Below are positions 41,977 through 50,971 of a stretch of 64,000 nt of DNA, in pieces; the first letter of the stretch is position 1, and each line of letters opens with the position of its first letter. The notes below the pieces were generated by a model. The model searched no databases, was not told the DNA's origin, and saw nothing but the letters and a program-made list of their open reading frames with translations. Where the stretch lies: assembly GCA_965200555.1 (NCBI GenBank), contig OZ241365.1, forward strand, positions 2,085,458-2,149,457, written 5' to 3'. This DNA comes from Dehalococcoidia bacterium (GTDB taxonomy: Bacteria; Chloroflexota; Dehalococcoidia; UBA2979). The position numbers and the translations under genes are program-made.

Positions 41977-43584
41977 TCACTCGCCGGGCGGCGCGCCGCG
42001 ATCGACGACGCTGAGGATGGCGTTGCCGAAGACGCGGCGCTCGTAGACGACGGTCCCGGGCGCGGGTTCGAGGGCGTGCCGGCGGTAGTGGTTGGTGATC
42101 CAGAAGCGGGCCGTGCCCTCCTCGTGGACGACGCGGCGGCGCTCCGCGGCGGGGAGGATGGCGCGGTTGTGGTAGAGGATGCCGTTGGTCTGCGCGTCCA
42201 CGGTCACGGTCTCGCCGGGGTGGGCGTCGAGCAGCCATTCGAGGGCCTCGCGGTAGGGGTGGCCCCAGTAGTCGAGCTCGTAGCGCGCGGCCAGCGCGCC
42301 GGGCGTCGAGCGGTCGGTGAGGGCGTTGAACCAGACCTGCTGGTGGGGGTGGACGGCGGCCATCGACCAGAGCGCGGCGCCGAGGCCGAGCGCGACCGGC
42401 GCGCAGGCGGCCGCCGCCGCCCGCGGGCGCAGGCGCGTGCGCCCGAGGACGCACGCCAGCCGCTGCAGGCCGGCGGCGGCCAGCAGGCAGAACGGCGCCC
42501 ACAGGAAGAACATCTGCCGCCAGCCGTTGTAGAGCCTCGATTCGAGCACGACGGCGACGGCCACGGGCAGCACGAGGCAGGCGGCGAGCAGCAGCCGGAA
42601 GCGCAGCTCGCCGTTGCGGAGCGCCTCGCGCGGGCGCGCGAGGGCGTCCCCCGCCGTGGCGGCGAGGCCGAAGGCGCCGAGCGCGAGCGCCGCGAGGGGC
42701 GTCGTGATCGCGAACCATGCCGGCACGTACAGCGGCGGCGGGTTGGGGCGGTCGATGACCTCGCCGCGGAACAGCTCCCACTGCGTGTGGGGGAAGGCCG
42801 CCGAGCGCGCGAAGGCGTCCGCGAAGTGGCCTGCGGGGTCGCTCCACAGGTACGGCCACGAGAGGTAGAGCGCGAGCGCGGCGGCCAGCGCGAACAGCCC
42901 TCCGCTGGCTGCGGCGCGCCTGCGCTCGCCCGCCCCGCGCGCGAGCGCGAGGTCGAGCGCGCGCATCGCGAGCACGGCGGCGAAGAGCACGAGGCCGGCC
43001 ATCCGCAGCTGGACGAGCAGGCCCACCGCCGCCCCGAGGAGCGCGAACGCGGCCGGGCCGCCGCCCCGGAACGCGCGGTGCGCGAGCCACAGGCAGACCA
43101 TGAACATGGCGAGGAACGGGATGTCCTTCGGGTTGAAGAAGGAGTGCGCGTAGAGGCGCGGGTGCAGCAGGAACGTCGCCAGCGCCAGCAGCGCGAACAG
43201 CCGGCTCCCCGTCATGCGGCGGACGAGCAGCGCGCAGACGAAGCCGCCCGCGACGAAGACGGCGTGCGTCAGCAGGTGGCGAAGCAGGTACGCCTCGCGG
43301 CTGTCGTCGAGGCCGAGCGCGCGCTCGGCGAAGAGCAGCGCCAGCTCGAACGCGACGCCGTGGCCGCGGTCCCTGTCGTCGAGCAGGGCGGGGTCGCCCC
43401 CGAACACGTAGTCGGCGGTGGCGATCGCGAGGTTGCGCTGGGTCGGCTCGTCCCACGTCACGCCGTAGTCGTCGACGACGGCGGCGCCGGCGATCAGGAA
43501 GAGCGCGCAGGCGAGGAGCGCGGCGTGCTCCCGCAGGAAGCGCGCCGCCGGAGCCGCCCGCCGCCACGCCTCGCCGCCGCGCAT
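41977..43584 (-). CDS. GT-C fold membrane glycosyltransferase (ArnT/PMT, GT39/83-like)
   Basis: Track ORF of 535 aa with about 11 predicted TM helices. The first extracytoplasmic loop carries DDYGVTWDE. The C-terminal domain is soluble. Confidence 0.6.
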   Translation of the reverse strand: MRGGEAWRRAAPAARFLREHAALLACALFLIAGAAVVDDYGVTWDEPTQRNLAIATADYVFGGDPALLDDRDRGHGVAFELALLFAERALGLDDSREAYLLRHLLTHAVFVAGGFVCALLVRRMTGSRLFALLALATFLLHPRLYAHSFFNPKDIPFLAMFMVCLWLAHRAFRGGGPAAFALLGAAVGLLVQLRMAGLVLFAAVLAMRALDLALARGAGERRRAAASGGLFALAAALALYLSWPYLWSDPAGHFADAFARSAAFPHTQWELFRGEVIDRPNPPPLYVPAWFAITTPLAALALGAFGLAATAGDALARPREALRNGELRFRLLLAACLVLPVAVAVVLESRLYNGWRQMFFLWAPFCLLAAAGLQRLACVLGRTRLRPRAAAAACAPVALGLGAALWSMAAVHPHQQVWFNALTDRSTPGALAARYELDYWGHPYREALEWLLDAHPGETVTVDAQTNGILYHNRAILPAAERRRVVHEEGTARFWITNHYRRHALEPAPGTVVYERRVFGNAILSVVDRGAPPGE

Positions 43585-43789
43585 GGGCGGAGTATAGCGG
43601 GCGGCGGACGGCGGCCCCTCGGCGCGCGCTCAGCCGCCCGCGCCGCCCTCGACCGCGCGCGCCCACGCCTCGCGGGCGGCCCCGGCGCGCGCCTCGCGCG
43701 CGGCGTCGGCGGACGCCGCCTCGCCTCCGTGCGGCGCGCCCGGCGGCGAACGGGGCGGCCTCGTGGCTGGCCCGGGCCTCGGCCTGCTG

Positions 43790-43871
43790 GCGCTGGCGGC
43801 GACGGCGGGAGCACGGTTCGTGGCGGGCCGTCCCCGCCTCCCGCCCGTAAACAACCTCCCTGGGGCCTACA
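43790..43871 (+). mobile_element. IS481-family right-end remnant (solo inverted repeat plus degenerate transposase 3' end)
   Basis: cccgtaaacaacctccctggggcctaca (43844-43871) matches the right inverted repeat of the intact IS at 25 of 28 positions. The preceding gggccgtccccgcctcccgcc also matches the transposase 3' end. It is again followed by a CTAG target. Confidence 0.6.
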
Positions 43872-43872
43872 C

Positions 43873-44235
43873 CTAGCGGAAGGCAGCGACGATGTTCGGC
43901 AGTGCGGAGGCGAGGGCGGCGCCTGCGGCCACGCCGGTGCTCACGAGCCGCCACCGCTTGGCGGTGATCTTAGAGTCGAGCCCGTTGAGCCTGCCCCTCA
44001 GCCCGATGTTGACACCATCGATCTTCGAGTCGAGCACCGTGCGGAAGCAGTCGATTTTGATGCCGAGAGCGGTGGTCCGCTCTCCGAGGGCGGTGTTGAA
44101 GCCGTCGATCTTGATGTCGAGCGCCTCGATCTTGGTTTCGAGTGCGGAGATTTTGATGTCGATAGCCTCGAATTTCGCGTCGAGCACCTCGTGGCGCCGC
44201 TTCCTGCGTTCCGGGAAATCGGGACTGTGTTTCAT
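43873..44235 (-). CDS. Coiled-coil tail-anchored family member lacking the N-terminal module (truncated or chimeric paralog)
   Basis: ATG at 44235 with the strong RBS GGAGAGGAGAA, 120 aa. It reads MKHSPDFPERRKRRHEVLDAKFEAIDIKISALETKIEALDIK...SKITAKRWRLVSTGVAAGAALASAL, and its 3' half is near-colinear with the 32287 gene. It lies inside track ORF 43873..44361. Confidence 0.55.
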   Translation of the reverse strand: MKHSPDFPERRKRRHEVLDAKFEAIDIKISALETKIEALDIKIDGFNTALGERTTALGIKIDCFRTVLDSKIDGVNIGLRGRLNGLDSKITAKRWRLVSTGVAAGAALASALPNIVAAFR

Positions 44236-44703
44236 CGTTATGTTCTCCTCTCCGCGTTCTAACGCGCATCCTCGGATCAACATGCTAGGCACTTCGGCTA
44301 GGCAACTGCAACTCGACTCGCCGACCATTAAGTTGCTTCCAAGTCCGGGCAACCGACTCAAAAAAACTTCTCCTTAATCGGACTCCAGCAAGCTCGTAAA
44401 AACGAGAGTCCAGTTTCAATTTCTGCAAGATTGTTTGCAGTTTTTGAGCTGCCCTCTTACTCATGGTTCAGGGACACGCTCGAAAGGGCGAGGCAATGAA
44501 CGCAAGAGAGCACGAATACGCCGCCAACGAGGGCGGATCGCTGGGCTGGCGGTGCACGCGCTGCGGACACGCGGCAACGTGGAGGGCGGAGTTCCCCGGC
44601 CGAGTGCGATCCCGCGTGGCTGCGGGCGGAACGGGACGCCGATCTGGCGCGGATGCCGGGACGCCGTCTGAGCGGTCGCCCCCCCCCGCGCGAGGGGGAC
44701 GCG

Positions 44704-45468
44704 CTACGACTGGCGGGCGCGCAGCGACCAGAGGGCGAGCGCGGTGGTGACGGCGCCGAAGCCGAGCACGGAGGCGAACGCGCCCGCGAGGTTGTCCCAC
44801 TCCCAGCCTTCGAGCACCAGTGCGCGCATCCCCTCCAGCACATAGGTGACGGGGTTGATCGAGGCGAGGAACTCCAGCCAGGGGTCGAAGATCTCCTTCG
44901 GCGCGAAGGCGGGCGAGAGGAAGAGCAGGGGGAAGAACAGCAGGAAGCCGGCCTGCGCCGCCTGCAGGTTGCCCGTCCGCAGCGCGATCGCCACCCCGAT
45001 CCCGGAGTAGGCCGCCCCGAACGCCGCCGCCAGCGCGAGGATCGCGAGGTAGCCGGGGGCCCCCGCCTCCACGCGCGCGCCGAACACCGCCAGCGCCGCG
45101 ACGATGATCGCGGTGAAGACCGCGGCCCGCACGCCGTCGGCCGCCAGCCGCCCGAGCACGATCGCGAGCCTCGGGCTGGGCGTGAGCAGCAGCTTGTCGA
45201 AGTAGCCGCTCTCGATGTCGCGCACGATCGCGACGCCGGAGACGGAGGCGGCCCCGGCCACGCCCTGGATCACCGCCACCGGCAGCTGGAAGCCCGCGTA
45301 GTCGGTGACGCCGAAGGCGGGCCCCGCCACGTTGCTGATCGCGCCCACCGTCACGACGAAGAAGAAGATCGGGATGAAGAGGTTGCCGGCCTCCACGCCC
45401 GGCTGCCGCAGCGTCTCGCGCACCGCCCGCCGGCCGAGCTGCCACGTCCCCACCGCGAGCGCCGTCAC
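44704..45468 (-). CDS. ABC-2 type transporter permease
   Basis: GTG at 45468 overlaps the ATPase stop (GTGA). The protein is 254 aa with about 6 TM helices. It is the C-terminal part of track ORF 44704..47874. Confidence 0.8.
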   Translation of the reverse strand: MTALAVGTWQLGRRAVRETLRQPGVEAGNLFIPIFFFVVTVGAISNVAGPAFGVTDYAGFQLPVAVIQGVAGAASVSGVAIVRDIESGYFDKLLLTPSPRLAIVLGRLAADGVRAAVFTAIIVAALAVFGARVEAGAPGYLAILALAAAFGAAYSGIGVAIALRTGNLQAAQAGFLLFFPLLFLSPAFAPKEIFDPWLEFLASINPVTYVLEGMRALVLEGWEWDNLAGAFASVLGFGAVTTALALWSLRARQS

Positions 45469-46481
45469 GGGGCCGCCCCCTCGCCGCCGCCCGTCGCGGC
45501 GCGCTCCGCCGCGTCGGCGGCCTCCATGCGCCGCCCCGTCGCGCGCAGGAACACGTCGTCGAGCGTCGGCTCGGCGAGCGTCACCTCGCGCACGGCGAGG
45601 CCGGCGTCGTTGGCGATGGTCACGATCGGCGCGATCGCCTGGCTGCCCTCGCGCACGTAGAGCACGATCGCGCCGTCGGTGCGGCGGGCCTCCTCGAGGC
45701 CCGGCAGCTCGCCGGCGCGGGCGAGGGTGCGCGCCGCGGCGTCGTCCGCGCCGTCGCCGTCCTCGACGCGCAGCGTGACCACGTCGGCGCCGATCGTGGA
45801 CTTGAGGCGCGCGGGCGGCCCCTGCGCCACGATCCGCCCCGCGTCGATGATCGCCACCTCGTCCGCCAGCCGGTCGGCCTCCTCGAGGTACTGCGTCGTC
45901 AGGAAGAAGGTCACGCCGTCCTCGCGGTTGAGCCGCTCGACGTAGCGCCACAGCGCGTCGCGGCTGATCGGATCGAGGCCGCTCGTCGGCTCGTCGAGGA
46001 ACACGATCGCCGGGCGGTGCACCAGCGCCGAGGCGAGGTCGAGCCGCCGCCGCATCCCGCCGGAGTAGCCGCCGACGCGGCGGTCGGCGGCGTCCTCGAG
46101 GCCGACGACGGCGAGCAGCTCGGCGGCGCGTTCGGCGACGGCCGCGCGCGGCACGCCCTGCATCCGGCCCTGCAGCGTCAGCAGCTCGCGCCCCGTCTGG
46201 AGGTCGTCGAGGCCGGCCTCCTGCAGCGCCGCGCCGATGCGCCGCCGCACCTCGGCGGGGCGGCGCGTCACGTCGATCCCGTCGACGAAGGCGCGGCCCG
46301 CCGTCGGGCGCAGCAGCGTGGTCAGCACCCGGATCGTCGTCGTCTTGCCGGAGCCGTTCGCGCCGAGGAAGCCGAAGACCTGCCCGCGCGGGATCGCGAG
46401 GTCGATGCCGTCCACGGCGCGCACGCCGGGAAACTCCCGGACGAGGCCTTCCGCGCCGATCGCCGCGTCCGCCGCCGTCAT
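45465..46481 (-). CDS. ABC transporter ATP-binding protein (DrrA-like exporter ATPase)
   Basis: Track ORF of 338 aa with Walker A GANGSGKTT, signature YSGGMRRRL and Walker B IVFLDEPTSGLD. Confidence 0.9.
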   Translation of the reverse strand: MTAADAAIGAEGLVREFPGVRAVDGIDLAIPRGQVFGFLGANGSGKTTTIRVLTTLLRPTAGRAFVDGIDVTRRPAEVRRRIGAALQEAGLDDLQTGRELLTLQGRMQGVPRAAVAERAAELLAVVGLEDAADRRVGGYSGGMRRRLDLASALVHRPAIVFLDEPTSGLDPISRDALWRYVERLNREDGVTFFLTTQYLEEADRLADEVAIIDAGRIVAQGPPARLKSTIGADVVTLRVEDGDGADDAAARTLARAGELPGLEEARRTDGAIVLYVREGSQAIAPIVTIANDAGLAVREVTLAEPTLDDVFLRATGRRMEAADAAERAATGGGEGAAP

Positions 46482-46581
46482 CGCCCGCCCCTCGCGCGCC
46501 GCCGCGCCCTGCGCGGCGCCCGCTCACTATCGCACGCCGCGCCGCCGCTGGCATGATGGCGGCGCGCAAGGGGGCAGGCCG

Positions 46582-47757
46582 ATGCTGATCCGCAACCTCC
46601 GCCTGATCGACGGCGCCGGCGCGGTGCGCGAGGGCGTCGACGTCCGCGTCCGCGACGGGCGCTTCGAGGCCGTCGGCGAACGCCTCGACGGGAACGGCGG
46701 GCCGGAACTCGACGCGGGAGGCGCGACGGCGATCCCCGGGCTGATCGACGCGCACACCCACCTCACGCTCGACGCGACGCCGCGGGCGCTGGACCGCGCG
46801 GCCGAGCTGCCCCACGCCGAGCAGGCCGGCGAGGCGGCGCGGCGGGCGGCGGCGCTGCTCGCGCAGGGGGTGACGACGGCGCGCGACGTGGGCGGGGTGG
46901 CGCCCGTGATCCTCGGGCTGCGCGACGCCGTCGCCTCGGGGGCGGCGGCGGGGCCGCGCATCCTCGCGGCCGGCGCGTGGATCACGACGCCCGGCGGCCA
47001 CGGCTACCTCGTCGGCGCGCTCGCCGAGGGCGAAGACGAGGTGCGGAGCGCCGCGCGCGGGCAGCTCGACGCCGGAGCCGACCTCGTCAAGCTGATGGTG
47101 TCCGGCGGCGTGATCGGCGCCGGACGCGGCCCCGACGCGGAGCAGTACGGCGAGGCCGAGGTCGCCGCCGCCGTCGCCGTCGCGCACGCCGAGGGCAAGC
47201 GCGTCGCCGCCCACGCCCACGCCGCGAACAGCGTCCGCGCAGCCCTGCGCGGCGGCGTCGACACCGTCGAGCACGCCTCGTTCGTCACCGAGGCGCTGCT
47301 CGCGGAGGCGCTGGAGCGCGGCGCGATCTTCGTGCCGACGTTCGCCGTCATCGACGCCGTGACGGGGAGCGGCCTGTTCCGCGGGGAGACGCTGGAGCGC
47401 GCGCGCGAGGTCGCCGCCGTCCACCGCGAGCGCGTCGCCGCCGCCCTCCGCGCGGGCGTCCCGATCGCCGCCGGCACCGACATGGGCAGCCCCTTCACCC
47501 ACCCCGACGCGATCCACCGCGAGATCGCCCTCCTCGCCGGCCTCGGCATGACGAACCACGAGGCGATCCGCGCCGCGACGCAGACCGGCGCACGCGCGCT
47601 CGGCATCGAGGACGAGGCCGGCACGGTCGAGCCGGGCCGCCGCGCCGACCTCGTGGTGCTCGACGGCGACCCGCTGGCCGACATCGCGGCGACGGGGCGC
47701 GTCCGCCACCTCGTGCAGGACGGCGTCCTCCGCATCCGCGACGGCGCCGAGGCGTAG
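46582..47757 (+). CDS. Amidohydrolase-superfamily metallohydrolase
   Basis: ATG at 46582 inside track ORF 46237..47757. Contains IPGLIDAHTHL, KLMVSGGV, RVAAHAH and AAGTDMG. Confidence 0.85.
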   Translation: MLIRNLRLIDGAGAVREGVDVRVRDGRFEAVGERLDGNGGPELDAGGATAIPGLIDAHTHLTLDATPRALDRAAELPHAEQAGEAARRAAALLAQGVTTARDVGGVAPVILGLRDAVASGAAAGPRILAAGAWITTPGGHGYLVGALAEGEDEVRSAARGQLDAGADLVKLMVSGGVIGAGRGPDAEQYGEAEVAAAVAVAHAEGKRVAAHAHAANSVRAALRGGVDTVEHASFVTEALLAEALERGAIFVPTFAVIDAVTGSGLFRGETLERAREVAAVHRERVAAALRAGVPIAAGTDMGSPFTHPDAIHREIALLAGLGMTNHEAIRAATQTGARALGIEDEAGTVEPGRRADLVVLDGDPLADIAATGRVRHLVQDGVLRIRDGAEA

Positions 47758-47852
47758 CGCGCACGCCTCGAGCGGCGGGCTTTGACGGGCCCCGGCGGGG
47801 CGCGCCACACTCGTCCCGCCGCGCGGGCGGCGCGGCGGGACGGACGGCGGCG

Positions 47853-48182
47853 GTGGCCGCGGACGAGGGCGCACCGGCGGCGGGCGAGGGCGAGAGCGCG
47901 GCCCCGCGGACCGGGCCGCGCGGGGACGTGCGCTACTCCTTCGACGAGTCGCTCGCGGGCAAGCCCTGCACGTGCGAGGGCGGCTCCGCCGCCGAGGGCG
48001 CGCAGGTCGGCGGGCGCGCCACCTACGCCGGCGTGCTGACCGGCCGCCGCTTCGAGCAGGGCGACCCGCCCTGGCGCTGGCTGGAGCTGATCGGCCGCAG
48101 CGACGACGACCCCGCCGCCGGGGCCCGCCGGCTCGTGTGGTGCGAGGAGAGCTTCGTCTTCGTCGAGGGCGAGGAGGAGTAG
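47853..48182 (+). CDS. Small hypothetical protein
   Basis: GTG at 47853 in track ORF 46977..48182. The C-terminal ~85 aa are non-repetitive (VRYSFDESLAGKPCTCEGG...WRWLELIGRSDDD...LVWCEESFVFVEGEEE). Confidence 0.35.
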   Translation: MAADEGAPAAGEGESAAPRTGPRGDVRYSFDESLAGKPCTCEGGSAAEGAQVGGRATYAGVLTGRRFEQGDPPWRWLELIGRSDDDPAAGARRLVWCEESFVFVEGEEE

Positions 48183-48254
48183 CCCCTCCCCGCGGGAGCG
48201 GGGCGGCGGGAGGCGCGCCGATGCGCGGCGGAGACGGCGCGAACGCGGGGCCGG

Positions 48255-48965
48255 TTGCCGGATAGCGCGCCCGACGGCGGGGCCGCGCCCGGCGAGGCGC
48301 TGGGCGAGGTCGCCGCGGCGCGGCCGCCCGGCGGCGCCGTCCTCGACCTGCACTGCCACTCCTCGGAGCGCTCGCTCGACAGCGGGGTGCGGGCCGACGC
48401 GCTGGCGGCGGCTGCTGCGGCGCGCGGCCTCGACGGGTTGTGCCTCACCGAGCACAACGCGATCTGGCCCGCCGCCGGGGCGCGCGCGATCGCCGAGCGC
48501 CACGGCGTGGCGGTCATCCCCGGCATGGAGGTCAACACGCAGGTAGGCCACGTGCTGGTGTTCGGCCTCGACCGCTACCGCCCCGCGCTGTCGGACGTCG
48601 GGCGGCTGCGCGAGGCGGTGCTGGCCGAGGGCGGCGCGATGGTGTGGGCGCACCCGATGCGGCAGGGCGACGGACGCCCGCCCGCCTGGCGCGACGTCCC
48701 CCGCCTGTTCGAGGCGATCGAGGTCGTCAACGGCGACCACTCGGACGGCGCCGGCGGCTACTGGGCGGCGCTGGCCTCGGAGCTGGGGGCTGGGCGCACG
48801 GCGGGGTCGGACGCGCACTCGGCGCAGGCGGTGGGCCGCGTCGCGACGGCCTTCCCCGAGCCGGTGGACGGCCTCGAGGCGCTGGTGCGGCTGCTGCGCG
48901 CGCGCCGCTGCGCGCCGCTCGACTTCCGCCCCGGCGGCGCCCACGGCCCCCGCGCCGCGGGGTAG
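48255..48965 (+). CDS. PHP-domain metal-dependent phosphoesterase
   Basis: Track ORF of 236 aa with a TTG start. Contains VLDLHCHSSERSLDS, LCLTEHN, GMEVNT..GHVLVFG and GSDAHS. Confidence 0.8.
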   Translation: MPDSAPDGGAAPGEALGEVAAARPPGGAVLDLHCHSSERSLDSGVRADALAAAAAARGLDGLCLTEHNAIWPAAGARAIAERHGVAVIPGMEVNTQVGHVLVFGLDRYRPALSDVGRLREAVLAEGGAMVWAHPMRQGDGRPPAWRDVPRLFEAIEVVNGDHSDGAGGYWAALASELGAGRTAGSDAHSAQAVGRVATAFPEPVDGLEALVRLLRARRCAPLDFRPGGAHGPRAAG

Positions 48966-48978
48966 CGGCGGGCGTTCG

Positions 48979-49305
48979 TCAGGCGGGGCTGCTCCAGTAC
49001 CGGTAGAGCGCCTCCAGCTCCTCGATCCAGAACGCGTCCGGGTCGGGGATTGCCGCGCGCCCGATCTCTGCGGCCAGCCGGTAGAAGCCGTCCCCGGGCC
49101 TGCCCGTGTCCTGGTTGACGACGACGGCGCTGAGCATCGGGCGGCCCTCACGCGCCTCGGCGCGCGAAATCCCGTCGAGGACGCGGGGGCCGATGCTCAC
49201 GGCACGGAGGTTCGCGATCTGTGCGAGTTCCCCGTACGTCGTGAGGCCCCTGTTGCGGGCGACCTCGATCAGCTTGTCCCGTACGTTCTCGTGGTTGCCC
49301 GCCAT
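48979..49305 (-). CDS. Small hypothetical protein (possible winged-helix fold)
   Basis: Track ORF of 108 aa with the strong RBS AAGGAGG in the 18-nt gap after the halogenase-like gene. GC is locally lower. Confidence 0.6.
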   Translation of the reverse strand: MAGNHENVRDKLIEVARNRGLTTYGELAQIANLRAVSIGPRVLDGISRAEAREGRPMLSAVVVNQDTGRPGDGFYRLAAEIGRAAIPDPDAFWIEELEALYRYWSSPA

Positions 49306-49323
49306 CCGTGCCTCCTTGCCCGC

Positions 49324-50961
49324 TCAGTCCCCGAGGCCGGCGAGGTCCTCGATCGCGCCGTCGACGTAGAGGATAGCGACGGCCGAGGCCATCTGCGCCG
49401 TCAGGCGCGCCGACGCCGCGGCGTCGAGGCCGGCGCCGGCGGCGACGCGGGCGGCGAGGCCGGCGACGGGGGTGCGGCCGTCGGCGGCCTCCAGCAGCCG
49501 CGCGACGGGCTGGCTCAGTTCGACGCCCTCGGGCCGCTGCTCCGAGGTCAGCGCGCGGCCCCAGCGGAACTCGTCGCCGTCCAGCACCGCGCGGCGCACG
49601 ACGCGCGCGCCGGCGGCGAGGCGCGGGACCGCCGAGGCGAGGCGCTGCGGCGAGGCGGCCTCGATGCGCGCGCGGCGGCGGGCGCGCCCGGCCTCGACGG
49701 CGGCCACGCCCTCGGCGAAGCCGGGCGGGGCGTCGCCGCGCGCGATCACGGCGCGCTCGTAGCCGATCGGCGACTGGCCGGCGACCATGCGGACGAAGGC
49801 CTGGCGGGGGCCGGACAGCTCGTCGCCGGAGATGCGGCGCGCCTCCCAGAAGTAGGAGTCGGCGCTGCGGTTGCTGGCGTAGAAGAGCCGCGCCAGCTCG
49901 CGGAAGTTGCGGTACTGGCCGAGGAACAGCGCGCGGTAGGCGTCCGCCGCCGCCTCCTCGATCGCGGGATCGGCCAGCGCCGACCCGGCGAGCGCGGCGG
50001 CCAGCAGCCCGCTCGTCAGCGCGAGGTGCACCCCCGACGAGAACAGCGGATCGACGAAGCAGGCGGCGTCGCCGGCCAGCGCCCAGCCGGGCCCCGCTAC
50101 CTCGCGCGAGGCGTACGACCAGTCGCGCACGACGTGCGGGCCGTCGGCGAGCCGCGCGCCGGCGAGCAGGGCGGCGGTGCGCGGGGCGGCCTCGATGCGG
50201 GCGCGGAAGGCGGCCTCGGCGCCCTGCCCGGCGACGGCGCGCCGTCCGGCCCCGGCGTCGAGCACGGCGCCGACGCTGGCGCGGCCGGTGTGGAGCGGGA
50301 TCGTCCAGCACCAGCCGTGCTCCGAGGACTCGATGAAGATGTTGGTGGCGTCCGGCTCCGGCAGGCGCGCGGCGCCCTCGAAGTAGCCGTAGATCGCGAG
50401 GTTGCGGAAGCGGTCGTCCCACTCGCGCAGGCCCAGCGCGCGGCCCAGCAGCGCCGACTGCCCGCTCGCGTCGACGACCCACGCGGCCTCGACGAAGCCC
50501 TCGCGGCCGTCGTCGCGACGGTAGCGGACGCCGCGCGCGCGCCCCTCCGCGAACTCCGCCCCGGCGGCGCGGCAGCCCTCGCGCACGTCGGCGCCGGAGG
50601 CGCGGGCGTGGCCGAGCAGGATGCGGTCGAACTCGGAGCGGACCACCTGGAAGGCGCTGGGATAGGCGCGGTTGGTCTCGCGGAAGTACCAGCTCCACGG
50701 CTCCGCGTCCGACCCCCACACCATCGTCGCGCCGTGCTTGGGCAGGAAGCCCGCGGCCTCGACCGCAGGCAGCACGCCCAGCGCCTCGAGGATCGGCACG
50801 CTGGCGGGCAGCAGCGACTCGCCGACGTGCTCGCGCGGGAAGCGCTCGCGTTCGAGCAGCACGACGCGGCGGCCCTTGCGCGCGAGCAGCGTCGCGGCGG
50901 CGCTGCCCGCCGGTCCGCCGCCGATCACGACGGCGTCGGCGCGATCCGCGCGTGCGGGCAT
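49324..50961 (-). CDS. FAD-dependent halogenase-like oxidoreductase
   Basis: Track ORF of 545 aa. Motifs seen are GGGPAGSAAA (GxGxxG), FPREHVGESLLP, LPKHGAT, GWCWTIPL (WxWxIP) and FVDPLFSSGVHLA (FxxPxxSxG). Confidence 0.7.
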   Translation of the reverse strand: MPARADRADAVVIGGGPAGSAAATLLARKGRRVVLLERERFPREHVGESLLPASVPILEALGVLPAVEAAGFLPKHGATMVWGSDAEPWSWYFRETNRAYPSAFQVVRSEFDRILLGHARASGADVREGCRAAGAEFAEGRARGVRYRRDDGREGFVEAAWVVDASGQSALLGRALGLREWDDRFRNLAIYGYFEGAARLPEPDATNIFIESSEHGWCWTIPLHTGRASVGAVLDAGAGRRAVAGQGAEAAFRARIEAAPRTAALLAGARLADGPHVVRDWSYASREVAGPGWALAGDAACFVDPLFSSGVHLALTSGLLAAALAGSALADPAIEEAAADAYRALFLGQYRNFRELARLFYASNRSADSYFWEARRISGDELSGPRQAFVRMVAGQSPIGYERAVIARGDAPPGFAEGVAAVEAGRARRRARIEAASPQRLASAVPRLAAGARVVRRAVLDGDEFRWGRALTSEQRPEGVELSQPVARLLEAADGRTPVAGLAARVAAGAGLDAAASARLTAQMASAVAILYVDGAIEDLAGLGD

Positions 50962-50971
50962 CGCCGCCCCG

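Noticed and set aside
41654-43954. 766-aa minus-strand ORF and plus-strand ORF 42076..44262 over the GT-C gene.
   Set aside because: The frame 41977..43584 gives a coherent multi-TM glycosyltransferase-like protein. The others are low-complexity. The 3' tail of ORF 41654..43954 merely reads through the IS remnant.
44463-44750. 95-aa plus-strand ORF (internal start MNAREHEYAANEGGSLGWRCTRCGHAATW...) next to the AT-shifted patch.
   Set aside because: Only the first ~35 residues look protein-like. The rest is Arg/Gly low-complexity and overlaps the 3' end of the ABC-2 permease gene on the other strand. It is kept only as a remark under the scar-region finding.
45469-47874. Upstream 800 codons of track ORF 44704..47874 (minus), and ORFs 47004..49151 and 49148..50719.
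   Set aside because: They overlap the ABC ATPase, amidohydrolase, PHP and halogenase-like genes in other frames or strands. Only the last 254 codons (the ABC-2 permease) look real.
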